Origin: Gammaproteobacteria bacterium
GTDB taxonomy: Bacteria > Pseudomonadota > Gammaproteobacteria > Steroidobacterales > Foliamicaceae
Direction: 5' to 3'
Length of the DNA stretch: 64,000 nucleotides
Assembly: GCA_963666765.1 (NCBI GenBank)
Contig: OY762933.1
Span: forward strand, 1,854,553-1,918,552
The notes under the pieces are model-generated. The model ran no database searches and was not told where the DNA came from. It was given only the letters and a program-made list of their open reading frames with translations. The translations under genes and the position numbers were made by a program. Every line of letters starts with the position of its first letter. Within the stretch, counting starts at the first letter, position 1. Positions 40,720 through 50,075 of the stretch are shown here, one piece after another.

Positions 40720-41889
40720 TTACCAGTTCCGGATGCTGGTGAAATGGCGCGATGCGTCCGCGGCATCCACGGGCTGATAGGACGCCTGCGAATTGGGACC
40801 GTCGCGCGGCACGTACCGCTCGTAGACCGGCCGCAGCATCTCCATCGGAACGCCGGGCGGAATGGAACGTGAGCCGCGGAATGCGGCCATCGGAATGGTT
40901 GTCCGCACGAACTCCTCGTGCACCGACCGGGCGCGCGCCGCGATCGTTCCGCGCGGATCGAAGATGGCCGTGTCGCCCGAACCCGAGAACTCCGGAAAGC
41001 CCGGTTGCTCCGGCGAGACGGACTGGTTGCAGACGACGCTCCAGAGCCGGTTGTGCCGCGCGATTGTCTGGGCCCCGGTCAGGCTGTAACCCCCCGAAGA
41101 CGAGCTCAGGCGGATTTCCAGACCCTTCATGGCGAGCGCACGTATCACGTCCGGCTGGCTGGGCGTGATCGAGCAGGAAATATTGCCGATATCGGTGCGC
41201 GCCACCTGCAACACGGCATCCTCTCCGTACATCTCGCGGTAGCGGTCGAGCACATCGTAGATCCCGGTCGTAAAGATGTCCCAGCCGGGAATGAATCCGC
41301 GAATATTGTTGGTCTTCCAGTGATTGGCGACCACATTGCCCTCGGGGCCGATCAGCACGCCGTTGAGCAGCAGATGGCCCGGCCAGTCCGGGTCTTTGGC
41401 ATAGGTGCCGAAAGTGATGTAGCAGCCGTATTCCTTCGCTTTCTTGCCCAGCGCCTCGGTTTCCGGCCCCGGTATTTCGATGGCCACGCGCAGCACTTCT
41501 TCGCGGGTCCATGGATTCCAGCCCATGATCGGCTGCTCGTGGAAGCACACGAGGTCCTGCGGGCCCCCAAAACCATTTGCCTTGTCTATCAGTTCGAGCA
41601 TGTGGTCGAGGTTCGCCTTCATCTCATGTGCGGGATTCGCCGTGTCGCGGACCGCGCGCATGATGGATTGCACGGCGGTCACCCGCAGCGTGTCCTTGCG
41701 CAGCGGCACGCGCTCGTAGTTGCCGTCCGCCGCCACGCTGACGGCTCCCCCGCCGCCCGCCGCAGCGCCTTCGGCCCTTGCAGCCCCGCTTCCCAATGCC
41801 AGGGCCACTGCGCCGGCCGAACCGGCCGCCAGTATCTCCCGGCGCCGCGGGGACCGCGGAGAATCGTTCCTGTCGAGCTTGTCACTCAT
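40720..41889 (-). CDS. Carbon-nitrogen hydrolase (nitrilase superfamily) with Tat signal
   Basis: The leader is SPRRREILAAGSAGAVALALGSGAARA. Candidate E-K-C triad contexts are VCFHEQPIMGW, ITFGTYAKD and GNISCSITP. Confidence 0.7.
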   Translation of the reverse strand: MSDKLDRNDSPRSPRRREILAAGSAGAVALALGSGAARAEGAAAGGGGAVSVAADGNYERVPLRKDTLRVTAVQSIMRAVRDTANPAHEMKANLDHMLELIDKANGFGGPQDLVCFHEQPIMGWNPWTREEVLRVAIEIPGPETEALGKKAKEYGCYITFGTYAKDPDWPGHLLLNGVLIGPEGNVVANHWKTNNIRGFIPGWDIFTTGIYDVLDRYREMYGEDAVLQVARTDIGNISCSITPSQPDVIRALAMKGLEIRLSSSSGGYSLTGAQTIARHNRLWSVVCNQSVSPEQPGFPEFSGSGDTAIFDPRGTIAARARSVHEEFVRTTIPMAAFRGSRSIPPGVPMEMLRPVYERYVPRDGPNSQASYQPVDAADASRHFTSIRNW

Positions 41890-41892
41890 GCC

Positions 41893-42903
41893 TTACCCCC
41901 TTGGTTGTAAATCAGAGACCGTCGGGCCGATCCTGCGGTCCAGAAACTCTTTCAAGGCGCGGCCGGTGGCTTCCGGCATCGAGATATGCAGAAAGTGCCC
42001 GCCGCCCTCGAAGATGATCTTTTCCGTGCTCTCGGCGTTCTTCATCGCATCGACGAAGGCCTGGGCGGTTTCCGGCGAAAGCGCCCTGCTCGCGCCGCCC
42101 CACATCACCAGCGCCGGCGCGCGTACCCGGCCGAGCACGCGCTCCGGGTTCCCACGTTCGTACATCTGCCAGGCAATAAACCCTTCACGGTCACGGCCGA
42201 TCATGTTCCAGTAGTCGGTCTTTCGCCGGATCAGTTCCTCGGTAATGTTGCCGTGGTCGTTTACCGAGAGGCGAAGGTTGGCGCCCATTTCCTCGGTCGT
42301 GAAACGTTTCGGCGCAAACACGGCCGACGTATCGCGCACGCGGTCCGTGGTGCCTCCACGGCCGCCGTACTCCACGCCCGCCGAGTTCTGCAACACCAGG
42401 GCGGTCACGCGGTCCGTGCGTGTCCCGGCATACCGGAACGCCACCAGGCCGCCGTAGGACGTTCCGGCGATTGCGAAACGGTCGATTTTCAGGTGGTCCA
42501 TCAGGCTGTCCACCAGCGTCAGGAACCGGTCGATGGAGTAGTTGCCGCTCGGCACGGGGCCCGTCAGGCCGAACGCCGGCAAATCGAAGCGCACGACTCG
42601 GTAGTCGTCGCCGAGGATCTCCACCCAGCCGTCGTAATCCTTGAGATCGCCCGTCGAACTGTGCACGAGCAGGACCGCGGGGCCCGACCCCTGGTCCTTG
42701 TAGTGGACCCGGATACCGTCGTTGCCTTCGAGCACGACGAACCTGGAATCCGGGTCCGCATACCTGGCGACGATCTCCTCGTAGGTGATCGTGCCGGCCG
42801 ACTCGGGCCCGGCAGCGGCCCGGGATAACCCGGTAAATGGCGCCAGCGCGCCAAGAGCCGCAACACAAACCAGCAGTACGGGCCAGTTGAGACGCGGCGT
42901 CAT
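41893..42903 (-). CDS. Secreted alpha/beta-hydrolase (ABH2)
   Basis: Signal peptide WPVLLVCVAALGALAP, VLLVHSSTG, and a nucleophile elbow IAGTSYGG. The gene lies 3 nt upstream of the CN-hydrolase gene. Confidence 0.8.
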   Translation of the reverse strand: MTPRLNWPVLLVCVAALGALAPFTGLSRAAAGPESAGTITYEEIVARYADPDSRFVVLEGNDGIRVHYKDQGSGPAVLLVHSSTGDLKDYDGWVEILGDDYRVVRFDLPAFGLTGPVPSGNYSIDRFLTLVDSLMDHLKIDRFAIAGTSYGGLVAFRYAGTRTDRVTALVLQNSAGVEYGGRGGTTDRVRDTSAVFAPKRFTTEEMGANLRLSVNDHGNITEELIRRKTDYWNMIGRDREGFIAWQMYERGNPERVLGRVRAPALVMWGGASRALSPETAQAFVDAMKNAESTEKIIFEGGGHFLHISMPEATGRALKEFLDRRIGPTVSDLQPRG

Positions 42904-42907
42904 GCTG

Positions 42908-43753
42908 CTAGCCTGCCAGCGCGCCCGCGGGGTCCTCGTAGATTTCCGGGTGCCGCGTCCTGATGAGTTCCTGCAGCCGGACCGGCATGGAATCGAACGA
43001 CGATACCTTGCGTCCGAAGCCGCGGGAAACGTAGTCGCCGGGCCTGTCGCCCATGCCCATCCAGGGCAGGTAGCTCAGGATATCGTTGAAGTGCCAGGTG
43101 GCGGGCGCATTCAGGACCTGGGGATTGGCCACGTCCTCAAGCGAGCCGTGATAGGTGCTCCAGTCGTTGCCGCGAAATGGCCGGCCGGCCTCAGGCGTCT
43201 CAGGTTCCATGCGGAATATGGCGTCGTCCCGGACCCAGACGTCGTCACCCTCGATGACGGCGGGGCCGAGAGGATGAATGCGAATACTCCTGAACCCTTC
43301 CCCGGCCGGCCGCTCCTCCGGAGACTCATCGATGCTGCGCACTTGCGTAGCTGGCGTCGCGGGGAAATAGCTGACTTCGACCTCCTGGCCCGTAAACGGG
43401 TTCTTGAACGTTTCCAGGAATTCGCCGGTTTCCAGATCAGTGTAATAGACCATGCTGATGGCCGTCGTTTCGTATGCTCCCTGGTCATTGAAATCCCGCG
43501 TCTTGAGAACTGCGCCCACATAAACGTTCCACAGCGGCGTGGAGATCTTGTCGACCACGGCCATCCTCAGCAGTTGCGCCCACCAGAAAACCAGACTGTC
43601 GTCCATCGTGTGCGCCAGCTTGCGGGTAATCATGAGCGTTTGGTGCGGATCGGATGGATCCAGATCCAGCAATTCCGCCCGCGCCGATGGCGCTCTCACC
43701 AGCGGCGCGGCGGCGGCAGCTCCAATAAGACCCAGTGCCGTTCTGCGTTTCAT
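42908..43753 (-). CDS. Tat-signal protein, DUF1838-like family, paralogue E
   Basis: The ATG at 43753 follows GGGAGAGAAG. Leader MKRRTALGLIGAAAAAPLVRA and family block YYTDLETGEFLETFKNPFTGQEVEVS. Confidence 0.7.
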   Translation of the reverse strand: MKRRTALGLIGAAAAAPLVRAPSARAELLDLDPSDPHQTLMITRKLAHTMDDSLVFWWAQLLRMAVVDKISTPLWNVYVGAVLKTRDFNDQGAYETTAISMVYYTDLETGEFLETFKNPFTGQEVEVSYFPATPATQVRSIDESPEERPAGEGFRSIRIHPLGPAVIEGDDVWVRDDAIFRMEPETPEAGRPFRGNDWSTYHGSLEDVANPQVLNAPATWHFNDILSYLPWMGMGDRPGDYVSRGFGRKVSSFDSMPVRLQELIRTRHPEIYEDPAGALAG

Positions 43754-43879
43754 TTCTTCTCTCCCGATTTGCCGATGGCCAGAGTCGATGAACACGTGAG
43801 CATCACACAATCACCCCCAGGCCTTCGTGCATCCTATACCGGATTATGCGTCCTGACTTCAGGAGCAAACGGCTGGAGG

Positions 43880-45358
43880 TCAAAGCCGGTCGGCCACCTC
43901 CAGCGCAACCCGCTCGGCGGACTCCATCGCCCCTTCCATGCCCCGGTTCATGGTGGCGGTGTGCTCGCCGCAGAAGTGAATTCGACCGTGAGGCCGGGCC
44001 ATGCCGGGTAGCAGTCCCTGCACCTGTCCCGGCGCGAAGATCGCCCAATCGCCCGCATTGTGAGGATCGAGCCACCAGGAGTGAAAACCGCCCGGTTCCA
44101 GTGCCCCCTTTGCCGCCGGACGCAGCCGCTCGATTTCGCGAATCACCCAGGCCTGCGCCTCGGCGGGCCCCAGGCGATCGAGCTGATCCGCCACCCAGCC
44201 GCGGGTGTTGACCACCAGTCCGGTGACTTCGGCGGGGTCCTCGCCGAAGCGTTGCGCGGCCACCACGCCCAGCCGGCCGTTGGTCCACATGGACGGCGAC
44301 AGCCCGTCGTCTTCCCAGAACGGGCGTTTGGGCACGAGAAAAACCAGGGTATTGCGCATATACGCAAGCGTGCCCACCGCCTGCCGCTGACCGCCTTCCA
44401 GCGGCGGCGAGAGCGCCATGTCCCTGACCTTCGAGAACGGCGCCGAACACACCACAAAGGGTGCGTCGAACGATTCACCGCCGCGACAGCTCACCCGAAC
44501 GCCGTCGCCACGGTCCTCGATGCTCAAGACCTCCTGTCCGAACCGGATTTCCCGCTTGAGCGCGCCCGCCATCGCCTCCGGCAGGCGCTGATTGCCGCCT
44601 TCCACGGCGTAGGCCGCAGGTCCGATTGCGGTCTGCTCGCGTATCCAGCGCTCGTTGAACAGGTACATCAGCGCCGAGACGTCCCAGGCGGATGTCCCGT
44701 AGTAGGGATTGGTATCGTACGCCGTGCGAACCTCACCGTCGCTCAAGCCCCGGTCCAGGAAGTAGTCGTGCAGAGGGACATCCAGAGAGCCGAACTCGGG
44801 GTTCACCCAGTCCGATGAAGCGGGCAGCGGATTGCCCGAGGCGGTCCGCGCAGCGATCAGCTCCCAGGGCATCCTGTCGCGGGACCCTTCGGCGAATGGA
44901 TTGCCCGGCGATTCCGCCCATTCGGCCCGGCTCAGCAATGCGCCGTCATGGACCAGTTCCGGCGGCGGTCCGCCGAACAGGCGCGCGGCGTAGTCCACCA
45001 GTCGCACATCGAGCCTGCGCGCCATGGAAATCATCCGTGCGTATCCGCTCGCAATTGTGTTGCCGCCCACCTCGGGGTGGCCGGGCAGGTCGAAAAGGGT
45101 GTGCACACGTCCACCGACCCGCGAGCGGCTCTCGATGACCTGTACCGACGCCCCCAGTTCTTCCAGCAGCAGCGCCGTGTAGAGACCGGAAAGCCCGGCG
45201 CCGACAACCAACACGTCGGTCGCCGCCGAAGCCCTGCCGGCGGTGGTTCGTTGCGGCTGCCTGGCGCCTGCCGACGGCGCCCTGGCAGCGAATGCTGCGA
45301 GACCTGCCAGCGCAAGCACAGCTGTACTGAAGGCCCGTCGGCTCAGAATGGAAGACAC
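43880..45358 (-). CDS. Flavin-containing amine oxidase with Tat-like leader
   Basis: DVLVVGAGLSGLYTALLLEELGASVQVIESRSRVGGR is the FAD fold plus the amine-oxidase signature. The leader is SRRAFSTAVLALAGLAAFAARA. The start is uncertain: GTG at 45358 is chosen, but ATG at 45442 or 45538 is possible. Confidence 0.75.
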   Translation of the reverse strand: MSSILSRRAFSTAVLALAGLAAFAARAPSAGARQPQRTTAGRASAATDVLVVGAGLSGLYTALLLEELGASVQVIESRSRVGGRVHTLFDLPGHPEVGGNTIASGYARMISMARRLDVRLVDYAARLFGGPPPELVHDGALLSRAEWAESPGNPFAEGSRDRMPWELIAARTASGNPLPASSDWVNPEFGSLDVPLHDYFLDRGLSDGEVRTAYDTNPYYGTSAWDVSALMYLFNERWIREQTAIGPAAYAVEGGNQRLPEAMAGALKREIRFGQEVLSIEDRGDGVRVSCRGGESFDAPFVVCSAPFSKVRDMALSPPLEGGQRQAVGTLAYMRNTLVFLVPKRPFWEDDGLSPSMWTNGRLGVVAAQRFGEDPAEVTGLVVNTRGWVADQLDRLGPAEAQAWVIREIERLRPAAKGALEPGGFHSWWLDPHNAGDWAIFAPGQVQGLLPGMARPHGRIHFCGEHTATMNRGMEGAMESAERVALEVADRL

Positions 45359-45459
45359 GGCACTAGCATGCCACGGAAAGGGCCTGGCCAATTGCAAACG
45401 GCCTGCGGCCTGTCTAGACTCGCAGGTTGGGAATACGCGCATCAACCGGGAGGCCCGCC

Positions 45460-46455
45460 ATGCTGCACCATTTCGACTCACCCTTAAGTCGCCGCAATGT
45501 CCTGGTCGGGGGCGCCGCCCTTGCGGCTGCTTCGGCACTGCCCGGATGCGGCGGCTCCCAGGAACAGGCGCCGGCCCAGGAGCGGATCGACTACGACTGG
45601 ATGAACCCGATGGACAACCTTGAGGCGTACTTCAAGCTGACAAGTTCGCTTAAGGACCGGGACTGGGCGCAAGGCTGGTATTCGGGCCTGGTGTTCGGCA
45701 TGTTGCCGAACAGCACGCCGGATGCGCTGTTCGGCCTGGAGGGCTTCGGGATGGGCTATACGGTGCGCCAGGAGAACGGCGCCTTCGCCAGCTTCTGGAA
45801 GGAAGTTGGCTTTTACAAGGACCTGAAGACCAACGAGGTCATCGAGACCTGGGAGAACCCGTACACCGGGGAGACCAACAAGGTCATGCACATTCACAAT
45901 CGCATGGTCAAGGGCGTATTCGGTCCCCAATTCCGCTCTCAGGCGCCGGTTGGCGGCGAAGGCCGCAGAGACTTCAAGTTCCCCAACTACCGGGCTTCCG
46001 ACGATCCGACGAATCCCTTTATCCTGAACTGGCAGACCCTCGGCGACCAGACCTCCGTGTGGCTGGACTTCCGCGGAGTGGTCCCCAACCTGCTGGACCC
46101 CGAGGTCTGGGTGCGCGAATCAACCGGCGAACGCCTGCCGGTATGCGAAATGTTCGAATACGTCTGCAACGACGATGATCTGCGCAATCCCGCGCTGGAT
46201 CGGGTAAAGCACAGCGGTTCCTGGATCCGCCTGGCCCCCTGGCTGCCCTGGCAGATGATGGGCCGGCACGAAGGCCGCCTTTTCTATCGTTGCACGACCA
46301 GGGGATTCGATAATCTGGAACAGCTTCCGCCAAATATCCTCGCGTATGCGGAGAAAAACTATCCGGAGTACCTGGTCCAGGAGATCAACGAAGACCAGCC
46401 GAGCGAGTCGTCGTTCGAGGTCTACATGGCGGAGAACGAGCCCGCCGCTCCATAG
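45460..46455 (+). CDS. Tat-signal lipoprotein, DUF1838-like family, paralogue F
   Basis: The ATG at 45460 follows GGGAGG. The leader is LSRRNVLVGGAALAAASALPGCGG (RR plus lipobox). Family block FYKDLKTNEVIETWENPYTGETNKVM. Confidence 0.7.
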   Translation: MLHHFDSPLSRRNVLVGGAALAAASALPGCGGSQEQAPAQERIDYDWMNPMDNLEAYFKLTSSLKDRDWAQGWYSGLVFGMLPNSTPDALFGLEGFGMGYTVRQENGAFASFWKEVGFYKDLKTNEVIETWENPYTGETNKVMHIHNRMVKGVFGPQFRSQAPVGGEGRRDFKFPNYRASDDPTNPFILNWQTLGDQTSVWLDFRGVVPNLLDPEVWVRESTGERLPVCEMFEYVCNDDDLRNPALDRVKHSGSWIRLAPWLPWQMMGRHEGRLFYRCTTRGFDNLEQLPPNILAYAEKNYPEYLVQEINEDQPSESSFEVYMAENEPAAP

Positions 46456-46465
46456 CACCGGGAAC

Positions 46466-46482
46466 GAGGGCGTCCCGCCCTC
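46466..46482. terminator. Short GC palindrome between convergent genes
   Basis: The sequence is gagggcgtcccgccctc (7-bp stem, 3-nt loop). It shares the core cgtcccgccc with 20481 and 51924. Confidence 0.35.
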
Positions 46483-47569
46483 ACTCGTCGCGCGCAGCCC
46501 CGTTGAAGAGTTTCCCGGCGCTGCGCCCGGCGGTTTCCCGGTCGCCCGCCTCGTCGGGGAGCAGTTCGCCCAGGCGATCCTCCAGGCTCTTGCCGCGGAG
46601 GTCGCGGGCGATGGTGGCGCCGTCGGCGCCCAGCAGAAAGCTGGCGGGAATGGCGTTGATTCGGAACAAATTCGCGACCGGGCTTTCGAAAGCCAGTCCG
46701 TCGGTGACGTTCAGCCAGGGAATATCGTAGCGATCCTCGGAGGCCTCCCTCCAGTCTTCCCGTTCGTCGTCGAGGTTGAAGGCGAGAATCTCGAAGCCCT
46801 GGTGCCTGAAGCGCTCGTAGGCGGCCTGAAGATACGGAATCTCGGCGAAACACGGCGCGCACCACGAGGCCCAGAATTCCAGCAGAGTGTATTGGTTCTC
46901 AGCGAGCACGTCGCCCAGGCGTACCTGCTCGCCGGCCAGGTTCACGGCGGTGACTCCCTTGACCGCTTCGGCCAGCGCGGCGGCGCGATGTTCGGCCAGG
47001 CCCCGGAGAAGGCCGAAGGTGCGGCTTTCGCCCAACACGGACTCAAGCTCGCCCATGATCGCCATCTGCTCTTCGTCCTCGCCATCCAGCCAGGCGGCGC
47101 GCAGGGCCATCAGCCGGGCAACGGGATCGTCAAATTCCCGGTAGATCACCTTCAGAGATTCGACCGCCGCCTCGCCCGGTTCCGCCAGCGCACTGTTTAT
47201 GAGTTCGTCATAACGCCCGCCGGCGAACGCCAGGGCGCCTCGGTCCGCATCCCAGGCCAGTTCATGGCGGGCGCCAGGCTCGACGATCCCCCGAACGCGC
47301 AGTCCATCGGCGCCGGCGGCGTGCGGCAGCCTGATTTCGACCTGCATGACCTCGAACAGAGGGGCCTTCAGGGTGGCGTTGCCGCGTTCCACAATGTCGC
47401 TCCCGAGCACCTCGAAGCCCGATTCCGTGCGCGGGTCGGAATAGCCCAGTTCCATGAGTTCGCCGTCAAACCGGTCAAGCCCCACGGCCCTGACGATGAT
47501 GCCGTCCTGCGCCGCCGCGGCGGCGGCCATTGCCCACAACGCCAACGCGGCCAGTTTCTTCACTGCCAT
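46481..47569 (-). CDS. Secreted thioredoxin-fold thiol:disulfide oxidoreductase (TlpA/ResA-like) with an extra N-terminal domain
   Basis: Signal peptide LAALALWAMAAAAAA and LLEFWASWCAPCFAEIPYL (WCxxC). Confidence 0.8.
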   Translation of the reverse strand: MAVKKLAALALWAMAAAAAAQDGIIVRAVGLDRFDGELMELGYSDPRTESGFEVLGSDIVERGNATLKAPLFEVMQVEIRLPHAAGADGLRVRGIVEPGARHELAWDADRGALAFAGGRYDELINSALAEPGEAAVESLKVIYREFDDPVARLMALRAAWLDGEDEEQMAIMGELESVLGESRTFGLLRGLAEHRAAALAEAVKGVTAVNLAGEQVRLGDVLAENQYTLLEFWASWCAPCFAEIPYLQAAYERFRHQGFEILAFNLDDEREDWREASEDRYDIPWLNVTDGLAFESPVANLFRINAIPASFLLGADGATIARDLRGKSLEDRLGELLPDEAGDRETAGRSAGKLFNGAARDE

Positions 47570-47677
47570 TCTCCCCGGGCTGATGCCGTGTCGAGGAAGC
47601 CCTCTCCGCCATGGAAGTCTTCGCCGGCAATGTTACGCCCTGTCCCCCCAGAGCATAAAATTCACCGCCGTCGCGCG

Positions 47678-49420
47678 ATGAAGAAAACGCTCAGCAAGCT
47701 CCTGGAACAGGCACTGCGCCCGGTAGCCGGCGAACACGCGGGCGGCCTTCGGCATGCAGGGCTGGAGCAGGTCCGGGATGCGCGCAACGGACATTACGCC
47801 TCCAGTGCCGCGATGCGGTTGGCGGGAAAGCTCAAGCGTCCGCCCACCGATATCGCCGAAGACATCGCGTCCGGGCTTTCGCGCCACGCGCTGATCGGAC
47901 GCGTTGAAACGGCCGGGCCCGGCTTTATCAACATCTGGCTGGACCCGGGCGCGCTGCAGAACGAACTCGCCCGAATCGTGTCGGAAGGCAACGCCTATGG
48001 CTCATCCGGCCTCGGAGAGGGGCGCAAGGTGCTGGTGGAGTTCGTGTCCGCCAATCCCACCGGCCCCCTGCATGTAGGGCACGGGCGGCTCGCGGCCATC
48101 GGCGACTGCCTGGCCCGCCTGCTGCAAGCTAGCGGGCACGAGGTCTGGCGCGAGTACTACGTCAACGATGCCGGGCGGCAATTGGCGGTGCTGGGGCTTT
48201 CCGTGTGGCTGCGGATGGTGCAGCGGGAAAACGCAGGGGCGCGGTTTCCCGAGGGCGCATACCGCGGCGATTACATTCTCGATCTGGCAAAGCGCATGTC
48301 CGAGGAACTGCCGAAGGCGGCCGAGGCGGCCCGGAAAGGAATGGCCTGGCCTGAAGCCGATCAGGACAATGGTCAGGCGATCGACCGATTCGTGGACGCA
48401 CTGATAAATACTGCGCGCAGGACGCTGGGGGACGGCCTGTTCGCAGACATCGGCCGTCTGGCGGGCGATTGGGTACTGGAGGACATTCGGAACGACCTCG
48501 AGCAGTTCGGCGTGCGTTTCGACAACTGGCAATCGGAACGCGAACTGGTCACGGAAGGAGCGATCGACGCCTGCCTCGAAAAATTGCAGGACGTCACCTA
48601 CCGGCGCGACGGCGCATTGTGGTTTCCGGCGGAGAAATACGGCGACGAGAAGGACCGCGTGGTGGTCCGGGCAGACGGCCGCAGCACCTATTTCGCATCG
48701 GACATCGCCTATCATTACGGCAAGCGCAAGCGCGGCGCGGACGTGCTGCTTGATGTGCTCGGCGCGGACCATCACGGCTATGTCGACCGGGTCCGGGCCG
48801 GCCTCGAAGCGCTGGGCGAGCCGCCTTCAAGCCTGGAGGTTCGGCTGGTGCAGTTCGTGGCCTTGTACCGCGGTGACGAACGGGTGGCCATGTCCACCCG
48901 CGGTGGCGAGTTTGAAACCCTGCGGAACTTGCGCGACGAAGTGGGCGTGGACGCGGCGCGATTCTTCTACGTATCCCGGGCGGGAGAACAGCATCTTGAT
49001 TTCGACCTCGATCTTGCCAAAAAGCAATCGAACGACAACCCGGTGTACTACGTGCAATACGCCCACGCGCGCGTTGCCAGCCTGTTCGAAAAGATGCGCG
49101 CGCGGGACATCGACTTCAGCCCGGATGAGGGCAAAGCGCACGCCGGACTGCTTGAACATCCGCGGGAGATCGACCTGATGCTGGCGCTGGCACGGCTGCC
49201 GGAGACTGTGGAGCAGGCGGCCGCGCAACGGGCCCCGCAGGTGCTGGCCCATTACCTGATCGGCCTGGCGCAGGACTTCCACGGCTGGTACAACCACTGC
49301 AAGGTGCTGGACGCCGAGTCCGGCTTGCGTTGCGCACGGCTGCTGCTCGCGCAGGCCAGCGGCCAGGTGTTGCGCAATGGGCTGGGATTGCTGGGCGTAT
49401 CGGCGCCGAGGAGCATGTAG
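47678..49420 (+). CDS. argS: Arginine--tRNA ligase
   Basis: This is the last 580 aa of track ORF 46346..49420. Motifs SANPTGPLHVGHGR (HIGH) and the C-terminal YVQYAHARVAS are present. The ATG is at 47678. Confidence 0.95.
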   Translation: MKKTLSKLLEQALRPVAGEHAGGLRHAGLEQVRDARNGHYASSAAMRLAGKLKRPPTDIAEDIASGLSRHALIGRVETAGPGFINIWLDPGALQNELARIVSEGNAYGSSGLGEGRKVLVEFVSANPTGPLHVGHGRLAAIGDCLARLLQASGHEVWREYYVNDAGRQLAVLGLSVWLRMVQRENAGARFPEGAYRGDYILDLAKRMSEELPKAAEAARKGMAWPEADQDNGQAIDRFVDALINTARRTLGDGLFADIGRLAGDWVLEDIRNDLEQFGVRFDNWQSERELVTEGAIDACLEKLQDVTYRRDGALWFPAEKYGDEKDRVVVRADGRSTYFASDIAYHYGKRKRGADVLLDVLGADHHGYVDRVRAGLEALGEPPSSLEVRLVQFVALYRGDERVAMSTRGGEFETLRNLRDEVGVDAARFFYVSRAGEQHLDFDLDLAKKQSNDNPVYYVQYAHARVASLFEKMRARDIDFSPDEGKAHAGLLEHPREIDLMLALARLPETVEQAAAQRAPQVLAHYLIGLAQDFHGWYNHCKVLDAESGLRCARLLLAQASGQVLRNGLGLLGVSAPRSM

Positions 49421-49422
49421 GC

Positions 49423-50073
49423 ATGGCAAGGCGTAAGAAATCCGGTTCCGGCGTCGGTCGCGGGGGCGCGTTCGTGGCGGGCATCGTTCTGGGGCTGTTG
49501 CTGGCCCTGTGGGTCTATCCCATGTTCACCGCATGGTTGTCTGAGCCTTCATCCGGCACGCCGGCGGAAAATCCTTCCTCGTCGCCAACCTTCGATTTCT
49601 ACGATATCCTCGAACGAGGCGAGGAGGTCGTCGAGGAGACCCTGGCATCAAGGCCGGCGGAAGCAGGCGAATCGGCCACCGCCTCACCGGCCCCCGAGCC
49701 ATCCGCTTCCGAACCTGCCGCCGAACCATCCACTTCCGAAGCGGTTCCCGAAACCGTGGCCGCCGCCGCAGATCCCGCGGACTCGCCGGTATCGGCGTCC
49801 GAGCCCGGACCCCCCGCGCCCAGCCCGGTGGATACGCCGGGGATGTACGTCCTGCAGATGGGCGCGTTTACCCGCCAGACCCAGGCGGAATCCCTGAAGG
49901 CGAGGCTGGCGCTCGTCGGCATGACCGCGCGCATTCAGCCGGTGATGGTGGACCGGCAAACCTATTACCGTGTCCGAATCGGCCCCACCGACGACCTCGC
50001 GCAACTGAATGCCGACCGCGGCCGGCTGCAGCAACATCGATTCGACTCCATCCTTCTGAAGCTGGTCCAGTAG
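49423..50073 (+). CDS. SPOR-domain membrane protein
   Basis: A TM segment (FVAGIVLGLLLALWVY), a Pro/Ser/Glu-rich linker, and a C-terminal SPOR fold (YVLQMGAFTRQTQAESLKARL...YYRVRIGP). The ATG is 2 nt after the argS stop. Confidence 0.8.
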   Translation: MARRKKSGSGVGRGGAFVAGIVLGLLLALWVYPMFTAWLSEPSSGTPAENPSSSPTFDFYDILERGEEVVEETLASRPAEAGESATASPAPEPSASEPAAEPSTSEAVPETVAAAADPADSPVSASEPGPPAPSPVDTPGMYVLQMGAFTRQTQAESLKARLALVGMTARIQPVMVDRQTYYRVRIGPTDDLAQLNADRGRLQQHRFDSILLKLVQ

Positions 50074-50075
50074 CG

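Noticed and set aside
46346-47677. A 444-aa N-terminal extension of the argS ORF
   Set aside because: The extension is antisense to the TlpA-like gene and bears no resemblance to ArgS. A normal-length ArgS begins at the ATG at 47678. The upstream part of ORF 24282-26414, before the MFS start at 25194, is rejected for the same kind of reason.
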